Shown here one piece after another: positions 1 to 8,839 of a DNA stretch of 9,265 nt (positions within the stretch are counted from its first letter, which is position 1; the number at the start of each line of letters is the position of its first letter). The position numbers and the translations under genes are program-made. The notes beneath the pieces were generated by a model. That model was not told the DNA's origin and ran no database searches. It was given only the letters and a program-made list of their open reading frames with translations. Origin of the DNA: a virus (lineage: Duplodnaviria; Heunggongvirae; Uroviricota; Caudoviricetes); the IMG/VR virus record IMGVR_UViG_2541047843_000007; one strand, given 5' to 3'.

Positions 1-70
1 GAGTCTTGAGTCTTGAGTCTTGAGTCTTGAGTCTTGAGTCTTGAGTCTTGAGTCTTGAGTCTTGAGTCTT
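1..70 (-). repeat. Perfect heptanucleotide tandem repeat, (GAGTCTT)x10 on the + strand = (AAGACTC)x10 on the - strand. The tract runs to the window edge, so true copy number is >=10.
   Basis: Direct reading: 70 nt of uninterrupted 7-bp units, ending at position 70. Lies inside the 5' end of a minus-strand ORF starting at 75. Confidence 0.95.
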
Positions 71-75
71 AACAT
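1..75 (-). CDS. neuO: 5' end of a neuO-like phase-variable polysialic acid O-acetyltransferase gene (start codon only; rest of gene is left of the window).
   Basis: Minus strand reads ATG (75..73) TT then (AAGACTC)n, translating as M-L-(RLKTQDS)n. AAGACTC tracts at the 5' end of neuO, located downstream of the tailspike gene in prophage CUS-3, are established knowledge. Possible SD TAGGA about 8 nt upstream. The acetyltransferase body is not visible, so the identification rests on repeat identity and synteny. Confidence 0.6.
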   Translation of the reverse strand, partial: MLRLKTQDSRLKTQDSRLKTQDSRL

Positions 76-228
76 ATTAGTATCCTACGTTATTTTACCA
101 CTAGTTACTTTTCTTGTCATTAAAAAGCATTTAAATTTTTATATTTAATTTCGTTGACGTCAATGTTTTTTGCCAATGTACTTACTTCTTTATGTGATCA
201 GTTCATATTTTTGACGCCAACGAAACAT

Positions 229-3174
229 TTAGTGCTTCCCTTCTATTAAGTCTAACCTAGCTTTTATTCTTTCTATTTCTCTGCGCTGCCATGCTGCCTC
301 GATATAGAATAAGAGATCAGGTCTGACCCCCCATCTAGATCCTGCTGGCGTTATTTCAACGCGCTCAATGATGTCTTCCATTACCATCACTGGATTATCA
401 TCCTCATCAACAATGATGCTCCCGTCATTATCAGTCAGCGGCATTTCCCTTTGGCCAGTAATGACGTCATCATATACTGCGGGATAATCGTCATAGCAAA
501 GAAAGGCATAGCGGCATGTTGTGCTTTCTTCTTCCATGAGTCCGTGAGAAATAAGAACATCACGAAGTTGCTGCGCGATTACACCATGATGTATCCTCGC
601 CCCTTCTTCCCCCTTTATAGCGACAGCGTTCAGCCATTTATAAGCGATATACCTGACGTCACCCCAGGCATCCAGCAATGTTTCGTCAGGAGAGACCGGC
701 TCTGTCTTTAATGTTCCGTCACTGGTAACCACAGGATTGGAGCCAAGATAAACTATCGAGAACCTGTTTCCCGGACCACCAAGAGCATTTACATTATCAA
801 GATAAGGTTTAACATCTCCGTTCTCAAAAAGATGTTCGAGTGCGTTATATACCGCGCGACGTGGAGTACTGCTTCTGGAACCATGCAACGTTATCATTGC
901 ACCATCTGCTGAAGACGTTGTTTCACCGCCGCTAACGATTAATCTCTGAGCGGTAACATCATCAGACGGTACTTTCTTCGCAATAATGGCGTAATTACCC
1001 TCAAGTTTGACTTCCGCGCGAACTTGTCCTGATGTACCTGCATGGACAGTCAGTGACTGGACGGCAACATCATCTGTGAAATCAACGGGTACAGGAACCG
1101 TCCTCACGCCTGACGTCGACATAAAAGTAGGAAGCGTTCTGTTAGGAGTGGCTCCGTAGACAAAATCCCTTGAAACAAATTCTTCCTGTTTAATTTTCAC
1201 CCTGAAACAATACAAATCAGCCGGGTGACCATCGTGAACATAAGGATATTTTCTGTTGTTATCCCCTATGCTCCATGGGTTTAGAAAGTCTTCCCCACCG
1301 AAAATGTAGTACAGCCAGTTGTCTTTGATACAAACTGAACCAACACCAACCGCAGAGTTAACTATTCCGCCCTGATAAATCTGATCAGTAACATTAACCC
1401 ACTCTACATTATCCAGACTCCACTCATTGACGTTAACTCTGGTCATAAATGTTCTTGGATAGTTTCCTGCATAACGGTTATCAGGTTCTCCTCCTTCCCA
1501 CTCACCAAATGCGCGCTCACTGCCAAAAATAATCAGCTCATCGCCAACTTTGGCAAAAGGAAGGTTTGAGTGATGAACATTATTTGGGAAGCGAAGAGAA
1601 TTCCATGATGTACCTAAATCAGAGCTTCTGTGCAATGAACTACCGGGTTGAGTACTTAATGTCCCCCTGGTCGTCAGATACAGAATGCCATCATAATATT
1701 TTACACATGGCTCAGATGCATTCGCCTCATATTCTGCAGGTATGCGTCTGCGAACAAAGCTACCAGGAGAACCGAAAGCATCAGAGAAATAGAGTATCCC
1801 AAGCTCGCGTGGACCAATATCACCATTATGGTAGCCAACAGCAAAACTGTTATCGCTAATCGTCGCAAAACTGTGAATCTCAGTAACAGGAGTGCTTCCG
1901 TCAACAAAAGAAGGAATAGTTCCAAGACTGGTTTTTCTCCATGGTGACGAGTGAAATGATGTACCAAAACTCCAGTATCTACCCTCGTTATTCTGATCCA
2001 CATCCTGGGTATTTTGCGTCGTAACTGTAAAAGTATTTTTATCAATAACAGTAGTCACCGTCATATTCCCGGTAACACCTGTAACACCAGAGTTTGAGAA
2101 GTTGACAAAATCACCAGCAAATAATCCGTGATCAGTAATGCGAATATAAGCGACTTGCTGATTTGCTGCTTTCGTTATACCACCATAAACGCGAAGGCTG
2201 CGACTCATTGGGCGATCCCACAACTCTGCAACCTGCAGTTTATTTCCGCTCACGGTCCGCGTCTCAATTACAGCAAAAAGGCGATTTCTGACAACCCCCA
2301 TACTCATGCAGTGATAGTTAACTGTGGGATAGTTTTCATGTAAATCTGTAAGCCATTCCGGCGTTGTCCAGGTCTTCCCGTCATCTCCTGAGCGAACCCA
2401 TGCAACATGGAGGTTATTTACACCATGGCGGTCTCCAGCCATAAAAGGCGCATAGATGACATTGTCATATACAAACGTTTTATCCTGCGTCCAGGCGTTG
2501 TACCACGGTGTATCTGTAATTTTAAATAACTCTCCCTGGATAAAATCTTCAGAAACATAAAAAAGAGGCTGACCCGGTATTCTCTCAAATAAAAAACGAG
2601 CATTTTTAAATCGACTGACATCTGGAAGAGTTGATACTTTAAAAGTAAGCCCTCGCCCATCTATCTTTTCACCACCTGTTGCAACAGAAAGTAATTCTGA
2701 TAGAGCTGATGTATCATCATGAACACCATCACCAATAGCCCCCCAACCTCTTACATCATAACTGTCTCTCCATCTTGCTATCTGAAGTTTTGGGTATTTA
2801 TTCGCTCCATCTGGGTCTTCTAATTGCTGCCGTAGTTGATCAGGATCATACTTCAGCACATTCTGGAAATAGAACTGCTGTACGCCATACGCATCGTACA
2901 CAGCCATAGAATGGCCTTGCACAGTTACGAACTTGGCAATCCGTCCGTTATATACAGGGTAACCAGCAGCGTTAATGATGATTGGTTGCGAAACAGGAAC
3001 GTGAGAGCCGTCTTCGTTCTCTACATAAACCTGAATCCGGTTTTCAGGATTTACCGGGTCAGTGTCAATTTTACCGATATAAATTTTGCCATTGGCTACG
3101 GCTTTAAAAGAACGCGCCATAGTGAAGAGTTGCGAAGGCATCGATACAATCACATTGGCTGTAATGTCTGTCAT
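229..3174 (-). CDS. Tailspike protein with endosialidase (endo-N-acetylneuraminidase) module, 981 aa: P22-type head-binding N-terminus, sialidase central region, C-terminal intramolecular chaperone-like domain.
   Basis: Single uninterrupted 981-codon ORF. N-terminal ~110 aa (MTDITANV...[21 protein letters not shown]...VYNG...[12 protein letters not shown]...NVLKYDPDQ) closely matches the P22 gp9 head-binding domain as I recall it. Two sialidase Asp-box motifs (S-x-D-x-G-x-T-W) are present: SGDDGKTW and SSDLGTSW. The C-terminal ~150 aa resembles the autocleaving chaperone domain of K1-phage endosialidases. GGAG lies ~10 nt upstream of the ATG at 3174. Confidence 0.9.
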   Translation of the reverse strand: MTDITANVIVSMPSQLFTMARSFKAVANGKIYIGKIDTDPVNPENRIQVYVENEDGSHVPVSQPIIINAAGYPVYNGRIAKFVTVQGHSMAVYDAYGVQQFYFQNVLKYDPDQLRQQLEDPDGANKYPKLQIARWRDSYDVRGWGAIGDGVHDDTSALSELLSVATGGEKIDGRGLTFKVSTLPDVSRFKNARFLFERIPGQPLFYVSEDFIQGELFKITDTPWYNAWTQDKTFVYDNVIYAPFMAGDRHGVNNLHVAWVRSGDDGKTWTTPEWLTDLHENYPTVNYHCMSMGVVRNRLFAVIETRTVSGNKLQVAELWDRPMSRSLRVYGGITKAANQQVAYIRITDHGLFAGDFVNFSNSGVTGVTGNMTVTTVIDKNTFTVTTQNTQDVDQNNEGRYWSFGTSFHSSPWRKTSLGTIPSFVDGSTPVTEIHSFATISDNSFAVGYHNGDIGPRELGILYFSDAFGSPGSFVRRRIPAEYEANASEPCVKYYDGILYLTTRGTLSTQPGSSLHRSSDLGTSWNSLRFPNNVHHSNLPFAKVGDELIIFGSERAFGEWEGGEPDNRYAGNYPRTFMTRVNVNEWSLDNVEWVNVTDQIYQGGIVNSAVGVGSVCIKDNWLYYIFGGEDFLNPWSIGDNNRKYPYVHDGHPADLYCFRVKIKQEEFVSRDFVYGATPNRTLPTFMSTSGVRTVPVPVDFTDDVAVQSLTVHAGTSGQVRAEVKLEGNYAIIAKKVPSDDVTAQRLIVSGGETTSSADGAMITLHGSRSSTPRRAVYNALEHLFENGDVKPYLDNVNALGGPGNRFSIVYLGSNPVVTSDGTLKTEPVSPDETLLDAWGDVRYIAYKWLNAVAIKGEEGARIHHGVIAQQLRDVLISHGLMEEESTTCRYAFLCYDDYPAVYDDVITGQREMPLTDNDGSIIVDEDDNPVMVMEDIIERVEITPAGSRWGVRPDLLFYIEAAWQRREIERIKARLDLIEGKH

Positions 3175-3232
3175 TTAATTTGCTCCAGATGCAAAGAATC
3201 GCCGCAGCATGGCCACGGTGAATTTTGGGCAT

Positions 3233-3255
3233 AAAAAAACCCAGCCGAAGCTGGG
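3233..3255 (-). terminator. Rho-independent terminator (minus strand) between the 147-aa ORF and the tailspike gene.
   Basis: Minus strand reads GC-rich stem CCCAGC (3255..3250), UUCG tetraloop (3249..3246), GCUGGG (3245..3240), then a 7-U run (3239..3233). It sits ~20 nt past the stop of the ORF at 3275..3718. Confidence 0.6.
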
Positions 3256-3274
3256 TCGTTGCGTTGGTTATCTG

Positions 3275-3718
3275 TCAGTAATTATGTACTGAAGGAGGTA
3301 ATTCTTTATTCTTAAGTCTCATCCATGCGGAAAGATTCGTTGGTCCGTCTGGCTCATTGATATCAACATCTCGTGTGTGATTGATTAAAACGTCTCTCGC
3401 CATATCGATAATACGGGAGAACTCATAACCGCAGTCATGACATCTGCCGGAATAGTTCGATTGAATTTGTTTTAGCGCCGGATACAGTTCGCGGAATAAT
3501 GCCTGTGAGCGGTTGGCATAATCCCATAGCCATACAAGGCTGTTTGCTTCTTTTGCAGAAAGCTCGTTGGTTTTCTTCTCTTGTTTGCCGATGAACTCAC
3601 CTTCAAGCACTACCCTGTGGATGTACTCTACTGCTTGTGGTATCTGAGATGCATCAAGCTCTTCAATACTTTCCACATTGAAACGCTGATGAATCATTGC
3701 ATAAGCTTCTGGGTACAT
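3275..3718 (-). CDS. Hypothetical protein, 147 aa, no recognised family; possibly the 3' remnant of a longer gene cut by IS911.
   Basis: 444-nt ORF on the tailspike strand, followed by a terminator. No convincing SD before the first ATG. The frame stays open upstream into the IS911 end (stop only at 3746..3748, inside the IS), consistent with 5' truncation. Contains a CHDC motif, but no domain I can name. Confidence 0.45.
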   Translation of the reverse strand: MYPEAYAMIHQRFNVESIEELDASQIPQAVEYIHRVVLEGEFIGKQEKKTNELSAKEANSLVWLWDYANRSQALFRELYPALKQIQSNYSGRCHDCGYEFSRIIDMARDVLINHTRDVDINEPDGPTNLSAWMRLKNKELPPSVHNY

Positions 3719-3808
3719 TAGATGCTTTTTGCTGACTGAAGTGGTTTACTGAATTTGGCCACCTGAACAGAGGTGATATGCTCACCTCAGAACAACACAG
3801 GTGCCATA

Positions 3809-4956
<1,148 letters not shown>

Positions 4957-4986
4957 CTCGGTGGCCAGTTTTTGTTGACCACTTCA

Positions 4987-5157
4987 ATGCAACAGTTCGC
5001 TATTGCAGGGGCGGCATCGGTTCGCCCTTTCAACCCGATTTTATCGGTACAGCATTCACGAAAAAACATTTTAACCGGAGCAGACTTTAAACAACCAAGA
5101 ATGAAAAGCTTGCTCGAAAAGCTTTGGGATATTTTGAAACAACAAGGCCGTCCATGA
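4987..5157 (+). CDS. Small hypothetical ORF (56 aa from the ATG at 4987); possibly the distal part of a gene truncated by IS911.
   Basis: The ATG is the first triplet after the IS911 right end and has no SD. The stop overlaps the next start (ATGA at 5154..5157), suggesting membership of an operon. Confidence 0.3.
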   Translation: MQQFAIAGAASVRPFNPILSVQHSRKNILTGADFKQPRMKSLLEKLWDILKQQGRP

Positions 5158-5312
5158 GTTTTACGGATAACTGGTCAGACGAAGAATTCATTCGTCAGAT
5201 AAAAGAATTAATCGGTAACGAAGGAGATATTCATGTCACTTGCAACCACAGTGAAGGAGAGCAAGTTACAGAGACGCATGTACACGCAGAAAGCTCTCTG
5301 GTATCGCCATAA
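5154..5312 (+). CDS. Small hypothetical early protein, 52 aa, immediately upstream of erf.
   Basis: ATG at 5154 with AAGG about 7 nt upstream. ATGA overlap with the preceding ORF. The position matches the small kil/arf-type genes that precede erf in P22-like phages, but no sequence recognition is claimed. Confidence 0.4.
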   Translation: MSFTDNWSDEEFIRQIKELIGNEGDIHVTCNHSEGEQVTETHVHAESSLVSP

Positions 5313-5413
5313 TGGTGACCGCGAAGGAATGCGGGTATGCCTTAATTTGTCCCGAGTCGAAGTATTAAATCAGCGTTATTTCCTTGGGCCGTGTCCATTC
5401 TGAGAGCAATCAT

Positions 5414-6019
5414 ATGAGCAAAGAATTTTACGCAAGACTGGCAGCTATTCAGGAGAATCTGAACGCGCCAAAGAATCAGTACAACTCATTCGGCAAATAT
5501 AAATACAGAAGCTGCGAAGATATTCTTGAAGGCGTTAAGCCGTTACTGAACGGTCTGTTTTTATCAATCAGCGATGAAGTTGTGTTGATTGGTGATCGGT
5601 ATTACGTGAAAGCCACGGCAACTATTACCGATGGCGAAAACAGTCATACGGCAACCGCTCTTGCACGAGAGGAAGAAAGCAAGAAAGGAATGGATTCTGC
5701 ACAAGTTACGGGAGCTACAAGCTCTTATGCACGCAAGTATTGCCTCAATGGTTTGTTCGGCATTGATGATGCGAAAGATGCAGATACAGACGAGCATAAA
5801 CATCAGCAGAACGCAGCAGCAAAGCAATCAAAACCATCACTTACACCTGAACAGGTTCTAAAAGCATTCACTGACGCAGCAATGCAGAAAAACACCGTAG
5901 AAGAGCTTAAACAGGCGTTCGCCAAAGCGTGGAAGATGCTCGAAGGGACGCCGGAGCAGCACAAAGCGCAGGACGTTTACAACATCAGACGAGACGAATT
6001 AGAAGGGGCAACTGCTTAA
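5414..6019 (+). CDS. erf: Erf (essential recombination function) single-strand annealing protein, 201 aa.
   Basis: N-terminus MSKEFYARLAAIQENLNAPKNQYNSFGKYKYRSCEDILEGVKPLL matches P22 Erf as recalled. The tool ORF begins at a TTG at 5384; the ATG at 5414 is preferred. Its stop overlaps the next start (TAATG). Confidence 0.8.
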   Translation: MSKEFYARLAAIQENLNAPKNQYNSFGKYKYRSCEDILEGVKPLLNGLFLSISDEVVLIGDRYYVKATATITDGENSHTATALAREEESKKGMDSAQVTGATSSYARKYCLNGLFGIDDAKDADTDEHKHQQNAAAKQSKPSLTPEQVLKAFTDAAMQKNTVEELKQAFAKAWKMLEGTPEQHKAQDVYNIRRDELEGATA

Positions 6020-6402
6020 TGGCACATTCGATTACAGTAAGACTAAACAAACCCGCAAGAGAGTTTCAGGGCGGGGAAAATATCGGATTCAACATCCGTG
6101 CTGGCGTTCAGTATTACGATCGCCAGACAAAAAAGAAAGAATGGACAAACTACAGCGCCGTTGTATTTGCCAAGCCGGGAGCGCAAGCGGATTACTATCG
6201 TAGCGTTCTGGTTGAAGGAGGCATTGTAGAAATTACCGGAGAAAACATCAGGGTTGATGTTTATCAGGGGCAAAATGGTCAATCAATCACTCTTGAATTA
6301 CTGAATGCAAAGATTGGATTTGCAACTTCAGGAAACAGCCAACAGCAGCAAAGTAGCAATCATCAAAATAATCCTGAATACGACGATTCCATCCCATTCT
6401 GA
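6019..6402 (+). CDS. Phage single-stranded DNA-binding-like protein, 127 aa, with an SSB-type acidic C-terminal tip.
   Basis: ATG at 6019 overlaps the erf stop (TAATG), suggesting translational coupling. The protein ends in DDSIPF (compare the canonical SSB tail DDDIPF), preceded by a Q/S/N-rich linker. The N-terminal ~100 aa has an OB-fold-like alternation (EW..YSAVVF). The tool ORF from 5929 is an upstream extension overlapping erf. Confidence 0.65.
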   Translation: MAHSITVRLNKPAREFQGGENIGFNIRAGVQYYDRQTKKKEWTNYSAVVFAKPGAQADYYRSVLVEGGIVEITGENIRVDVYQGQNGQSITLELLNAKIGFATSGNSQQQQSSNHQNNPEYDDSIPF

Positions 6403-6425
6403 TTTAGAAAAATAAGGATTTAATT

Positions 6426-6722
6426 ATGCCAGCGCCTTTGTATGGTGCGGATGACCCGCGCCGCTGTTCCGGCAATTCCGTATCGGAGGTGCTGGATAAA
6501 TTCAGAAAAAACTACGATCGAATAATGTCTCTACCGCAGGAAACGAAAGAGGAAAAGGAATTTCGCCACTGTATATGGCTTGCAGAGAAAGAAGAACGCG
6601 AGCGAATTTACCAGACATCAATCCGACCATTCCGCAAAGCCACATATACCCACTTCCCTGAATATATCGACCCGCGCCTGCGTAATTACCGCTCACGCTA
6701 TGGCGCTATCAGTAATGACTGA
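6426..6722 (+). CDS. abc2: Abc2-like anti-RecBCD protein, 98 aa (assignment from position and size; exact sequence not recalled).
   Basis: ATG at 6426 with AAGGA 7 nt upstream. 98 codons, the size I recall for P22 Abc2. It lies downstream of erf in the same operon, as abc genes do in P22. Confidence 0.55.
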   Translation: MPAPLYGADDPRRCSGNSVSEVLDKFRKNYDRIMSLPQETKEEKEFRHCIWLAEKEERERIYQTSIRPFRKATYTHFPEYIDPRLRNYRSRYGAISND

Positions 6723-6816
6723 GGAATTTACCATGAGAGGACTTGCTTAAGAGAAAGAGTTTCGGTTCTGTTAATGACAACAAATATCTGAATGCGATGT
6801 GGCGGAGTGGGAAGAA

Positions 6817-7335
6817 ATGAAACAAATGTCACTAATTGAGATGGATGGTTTTCTGAAAGGTAAATGCATCCCAAGTGATTTAAAGGTTAACGAAACAAAC
6901 GCTGAATACCTTGTCCGTAAGTTCGGTGAACTTGAATCAAAACTGGAAACGGCGTTGCGGGAGTGTAGTTCTGCTGGAATCACGATTGATAACCTTGAGG
7001 CTAAATGCGCGAAGATGGCTGCTGAAAATACCTCACTTAAGCAATCTGAGAAGGAATTTAATGACTTTTGTCGTGAGGAGTTTAGCGAATGGGAAGATGA
7101 TGTTACTGAAACCCCAGCCACCGATGCTTTTCTGGCTGAAGTGCGGGCGCAGGGGGTGGATGCTGCTATAGAAGCTGCAAAAAATCTGGTGGCCCAAGAA
7201 TATGAGTATAAGGATTTCAAAGCGGCGCAGAGTGATTGCTGTATGCACCCTGGTTCAGACCTGGTAGGGAAGGTTGAAATGACTGAGTGGTTAGTTGACT
7301 TTGCTGCCCAGCTTCGCAAAGGAGGCAACCAGTGA
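6817..7335 (+). CDS. Hypothetical acidic protein, 172 aa; first gene of a translationally coupled cassette.
   Basis: ATG at 6817 with GGAG 9 nt upstream (the tool ORF starts at a GTG at 6799). The stop overlaps the next start (GTGA). The large antisense ORF 6771..7568 is rejected as a shadow. Confidence 0.6.
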   Translation: MKQMSLIEMDGFLKGKCIPSDLKVNETNAEYLVRKFGELESKLETALRECSSAGITIDNLEAKCAKMAAENTSLKQSEKEFNDFCREEFSEWEDDVTETPATDAFLAEVRAQGVDAAIEAAKNLVAQEYEYKDFKAAQSDCCMHPGSDLVGKVEMTEWLVDFAAQLRKGGNQ

Positions 7336-7631
7336 CTGTATGTCTTATTGATAAACGTCGACGTGGGCAACAAATACCATCTGTTGAAATGCCGAATCAC
7401 ACATGGTTTTGCGTACTTGATATCGATGGTATGGATACGTTGGTTGACACTCGTCATTACTGCGATACCGCAACAGCTACTCCGGCGAAAGCAAAGAAAA
7501 TGGCTGCTCTGATAGAAAACTGGACTCCACCTGATGGTTGGTGCAATGGGAATGATCGAGATTGGCACGAAAAAATGAAGGGCTATATCTGCGATTTTTT
7601 ACGTAAATGCAACGGCTTCAGGGGGATGTGA
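7332..7631 (+). CDS. Hypothetical Cys-rich small protein, 99 aa.
   Basis: GTG start at 7332 with AGGAGG 6 nt upstream, overlapping the previous stop. Six Cys and several His are spread through the protein, so metal binding is possible but unproven. Confidence 0.55.
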   Translation: MTVCLIDKRRRGQQIPSVEMPNHTWFCVLDIDGMDTLVDTRHYCDTATATPAKAKKMAALIENWTPPDGWCNGNDRDWHEKMKGYICDFLRKCNGFRGM

Positions 7632-7632
7632 T

Positions 7633-8205
7633 ATGACCAAAATTAACTATCAGGCACTGCGTGAGGCGGCAGAACGTGCAATTCCGGCAATGGAACGCCT
7701 GTTAATGTTGCCAGTTGATGATGATTTGTTAAGTGAACAGGAACTTAAGGATTACGGTGTGGATATTGATGCGCTCAACGCCTTCAAATTTCTGACCGGA
7801 CCAGAAACCGTGCTGGCGCTGCTGGATGAACGGGAAAGAAACCAGCAATACATCAAACGCCGCGACCAGGAGAACGAGGAAATTGCGCTAACGGTAGGGA
7901 AGCTGCGCGTTGAGCTGGAAGCTGCAGAGAAGCGCATTGCAGAACTGGAAGCCGAACCTGTAAGCCAAACTTACAAGTTGAACGAGCTGTCGGGCAACTA
8001 TCCGGTAACTCCGGATGGTTGGATAAGCTGTAGTGAGCGAATGCCCGCTCAAGATGATTGGATTTTAATTTATTCAAAGCACGGCGAGTATATGGCAGGA
8101 CAGGTACAAGGGGAATACGTGGAGTTGAGCGACGGCACTTTATCGTGGTTAGGGAACGCCTTGTTCTGGATGCCGCTACCAGAACCGCCGCAGGAGGTTA
8201 ATTGA
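7633..8205 (+). CDS. Ead/Ea22-like protein with a C-terminal DUF551-like region, 190 aa.
   Basis: ATG 1 nt after the previous stop (TGAtATG). The N-terminus (MTKINYQALREAAERA...) is typical of lambdoid Ea22-family proteins as recalled, and the C-terminus (PDGWISCSERMP...LFWMPLPEPP) resembles DUF551. Coiled-coil-like middle (ELEAAEKRIAELEAE). Confidence 0.65.
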   Translation: MTKINYQALREAAERAIPAMERLLMLPVDDDLLSEQELKDYGVDIDALNAFKFLTGPETVLALLDERERNQQYIKRRDQENEEIALTVGKLRVELEAAEKRIAELEAEPVSQTYKLNELSGNYPVTPDGWISCSERMPAQDDWILIYSKHGEYMAGQVQGEYVELSDGTLSWLGNALFWMPLPEPPQEVN

Positions 8206-8399
8206 TGGTCTCCTTCGCGAAATATACGATTATTGACTGGATAGCATTCATTCAGGTTTTGCTCATCTGGTTTTATATGGCTTACAGGAGTGGACAGTGG
8301 ATTGTCAGTGTAGCCTGTAGCAATGGATGGCGTTGGTGGAACCGAAAGAATAAAAAAAGCGCTGGCCTTGGCTTCGTTTTACGAAGCATTCAATCTTAA
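8205..8399 (+). CDS. Small putative single-pass membrane protein, 64 aa.
   Basis: ATG at 8205 overlaps the previous stop (TGATG), with AGGAGG 7 nt upstream. Hydrophobic segment IIDWIAFIQVLLIWFYMAY followed by a basic stretch (WNRKNKK). Confidence 0.5.
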   Translation: MVSFAKYTIIDWIAFIQVLLIWFYMAYRSGQWIVSVACSNGWRWWNRKNKKSAGLGFVLRSIQS

Positions 8400-8482
8400 C
8401 AGTCTTCAGCCTGGTTCTGTCGTTGTAGTCACCACTCAAAGCGGCATGACGATACAAATTCACAAGCCAAAGGAGGAAGGTC

Positions 8483-8767
8483 GTGGCTAACCTGCAACTT
8501 GCCGTTAAAGGTGAATACTTCGATGCCATGATTCGCGGAGAGAAAACGGAAGAGTATCGCCTGTGTAATGACTACTGGAATAAGCGAATTATGTTCCGCG
8601 AGTATGACCGCCTGATTATCACAAAGGGATATCCGAAGCGCGACGATTCCAGCCGCAGAATTGACGTCCCGTATGACGGATATGAAATCAAGACAATCAC
8701 ACATCCGCACTTCGGCGATAAACCGGTAAAGGTATTCGCTATAAAGGTGAATATCGACAATGAATGA
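8483..8767 (+). CDS. ASCH-motif (PUA-like) small protein, 94 aa.
   Basis: GTG start at 8483 with AGGAGG 6 nt upstream. Contains G-x-K-x-x-E-x-R (GEKTEEYR), the ASCH signature as recalled. Confidence 0.6.
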   Translation: MANLQLAVKGEYFDAMIRGEKTEEYRLCNDYWNKRIMFREYDRLIITKGYPKRDDSSRRIDVPYDGYEIKTITHPHFGDKPVKVFAIKVNIDNE

Positions 8768-8839
8768 TAATCCTCGCACTCGCGGGGATTTCTTTTATCT
8801 GAACTCGCTACGGCGGGTTTTGTTTTATGGAGATGATAA

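Noticed and set aside
1-70. Tandem repeat considered as a CRISPR array.
   Set aside because: Units are 7 bp and directly abutting, with no spacers and no palindromic repeat structure. This is a coding microsatellite, not CRISPR.
154-163. Perfect 10-bp palindrome TTGACGTCAA in the neuO-tailspike intergenic region.
   Set aside because: A 10-bp perfect palindrome is expected several times by chance in 9 kb. It has no second half-site context or T-run, so no regulatory call is made.
3175-3232. Possible dedicated promoter for the tailspike gene.
   Set aside because: No convincing -35/-10 pair. In P22-like phages the tailspike is largely expressed by late-operon readthrough, so absence is expected.
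451-3234. Tool ORFs overlapping the tailspike gene (451..711, 1566..1859, 1701..2045, 2128..2343, 2418..2660, 2836..3234).
   Set aside because: All lie within or antisense to the 981-codon tailspike ORF, which has strong domain-level support. None has its own SD or a recognisable product.
5564-6282. ORFs 5564..5827 (-), 5631..5861 (+), 6043..6282 (-), and the 5929 extension of the SSB-like ORF.
   Set aside because: Embedded in or antisense to erf and the SSB-like gene. The 5929 start would require a 90-nt overlap with erf, whereas the ATG at 6019 gives a classic TAATG coupling.
6502-6696. 64-aa ORF on the minus strand, antisense to the abc2-like gene.
   Set aside because: Fully embedded in the opposite strand of a better-supported gene.
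6771-7568. 265-aa ORF on the minus strand.
   Set aside because: Ser/Leu/Phe-rich low-complexity translation, typical of the antisense of acidic coding sequence. It overlaps two plus-strand genes that have strong SDs and coupled start/stop signals. Judged an antisense shadow.
6911-8077. ORFs 6911..7171 (+), 7033..7248 (-), 7752..7937 (-), 7853..8077 (-).
   Set aside because: Alternative-frame or antisense overlaps of the coupled cassette genes; no SD and arbitrary composition.
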